DNA of 64,000 nt, taken from positions 354,888,001-354,952,000 of the forward strand of contig OZ024742.1 of NCBI GenBank assembly GCA_964016885.1. The letters are read 5' to 3'. Position 1 is the stretch's first letter. Each line of letters starts with the position of its first letter. The position numbers and the translations under genes were made by a program. Below are positions 62,385 through 64,000 of the stretch, one piece after another. A model generated the notes under the pieces. That model saw only the letters and a program-made list of their open reading frames with translations, was not told where the DNA came from and made no database searches. The DNA comes from Eledone cirrhosa. Taxonomy: Eukaryota.

Positions 62385-63500
62385 TGATGGTTAGCGGAAA
62401 TTATAATATTTCCTCTGTCTCAAATTTTGAATGACCCGCCAAAAACCGGGGGTTATTTCCCTTGCTGGAAATAACACGTGACAACTAAATACACAATACG
62501 CTGCAGCTAGCGGCAACATTTAGCTTCTCGCCCCGTTCTTTGGTAGAACGAAAACCTGTTGATGAACTGAATCCTCTGTTAGATCACGAATACCACGAGC
62601 TTGCCAGTTACGTAAGTCTATATTTGATTTCGGATTCATAGAAACACTTTAAACGCATAACGTTTATTTGTCCAGGTGTATTTTTCTCAACCTGTTAGTT
62701 CTTTCGTTACTTTGGTATATTGTGTGTTAGATTTTACCTACCACAATGTTCAATTTGTCAAGTTATTTAAACGTATGTGATTACTCTAAGGACCTACCGT
62801 GTCGAGTGCTTTGCTAACTCATTCATATAGTAGGCCGAATTTGCTTACACACCGCCAGAGATTCGATTTTACTAAGTATCCAATTATATTATTCTCTCCT
62901 AGATTTAATAATTAACTAATTAATTTAATTAGACAATTCTGTTGATTGGTAAATTGTTTGTATTTGTTTAATAACATCTGGTCGAGACCTTATTCTGATG
63001 GTTAGCTGAAATTATAATATTCCCTTTGTATAACATGTTGAATGACCCGCCAAAAACCGGGGTTTATTTCCATTGCTGGAAATAACACGTGACAACTAAA
63101 TAACGATACGCTGCAGCTAGCGGCGACACTTAGCTTTTCGCCCCGTTCTTTGGTAGAGCGAAAAGCTGTTGATGAACTGAATCCTCTGTTCGATCATGAA
63201 TACCACGAACTTGCCAGTTACGTAAGTCTGATATTTGATTTCGGATTCATAGAAGCACTTTAAACGTATAACGTTTGATTTGTCCAGGTGTATTTTTCTC
63301 AACATGTTAGTCATTTCGTTACTTTGGTATATTATGTGTTACATTTTGCCTACCACAATGTTCAATTTGTCAAGTTATTTAAACGTATTTTATTACTCTA
63401 AGGACCTACCTTGTCGAGTGCTTTGCTAAGTCATTCATATAGAGGCCGAATTTGCTTGCACACCGCCAGAGATTCGATTTCACTAAGTATCCAATTATAT
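62381..63500 (+). repeat. Non-coding tandem repeat, ~611-nt unit (about 1.8 copies); partial copy at 61240-61425
   Basis: 62382.. and 62993.. both start ttctgatggttagc.gaaattataatatt and stay colinear; flanked by (TA)n. Confidence 0.9.
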
Positions 63501-63897
63501 ATATATATATGTATATATATTTTTTTGTTCACATGAAATAGGTTTAATACTAGGCTTAATTCACTTAGACAATAGAGTTGACTACCCCCCGCAAATAGAA
63601 TTACTTCATGGTCTTGATATTATGTTTTGGTAATGGAAATTATAGTTATCAATACGAATGAAAAGTAGGAATTGAAACCCTGATTTTAAGTAAATAAGGA
63701 ATACATCGTAAAAAGTGGAGCGTTAACATTTAAAAAGCCAATAAGTTAATATCATCCTTCATCACTTGAAATTAGCAACGAAAAGCAATAAAATGTATGA
63801 AAACATTGATAAATCAATGAAAGTAACAAAGAAAAAACCTAATAATAACATAGTGATAGAGGAAAGAGATTAAAAAAATATACACAAAAATACATAA

Positions 63898-64000
63898 CTG
63901 TTTCTACTGTGGGACAAGGCCAGCAATTATCCAGTGCATTACTGGTACTTTATTTTATCGACCCCGTAAGGATGAAAGGCAAAGTTAACCTCGGCAGGAT
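63898..64000 (-). mobile_element. tRNA-derived SINE, truncated by the window end
   Basis: Matches 8638-8742. Confidence 0.85.

Overview
Eukaryotic, AT-rich, repeat-saturated DNA with no host protein-coding gene that I can support. The SINE type and microsatellite load suggest a mollusc, probably an octopus-like cephalopod (inference). The window is dominated by Penelope-like retroelements (PLEs; RT + C-terminal GIY-YIG) of two types. Naiad-type copies (LYRDD RT, CxC..CPLxGxC linker) lie at 1-685, as a head-to-head pair forming a ~7.3 kb palindrome at 15940-23248, and at 41224-46905. Neptune-type copies (YIDD RT, CxxxxCxxC linker) lie at 2201-3863, 13283-15877, 34564-36248, and as a near full-length, C-rich copy with partial-tandem pLTRs at 48085-54505. 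Also present are RTE-, CR1- and CRE-like LINE fragments, tRNA-derived SINEs, multi-kb AT-only arrays and one N gap. The main hidden signal is RNA structure: more than 25 type I hammerhead ribozyme (HHR) core motifs from about a dozen families, read by eye. They occur (i) in PLE pLTRs, including a Naiad HHR whose core halves are split by a >100-nt stem II yet keeps covarying stem I and 3-8 pairs; (ii) in ORF-less tandem arrays of ~434 and ~316 nt that resemble non-LTR retrozymes, one fused directly to a Naiad 5' truncation; (iii) in short fold-back palindromes inserted in (TA)n. Element ends repeatedly join (TA)n at an internal TATA of the element. Coordinates were read manually and may be off by a few nt; no alignment or folding program was run.
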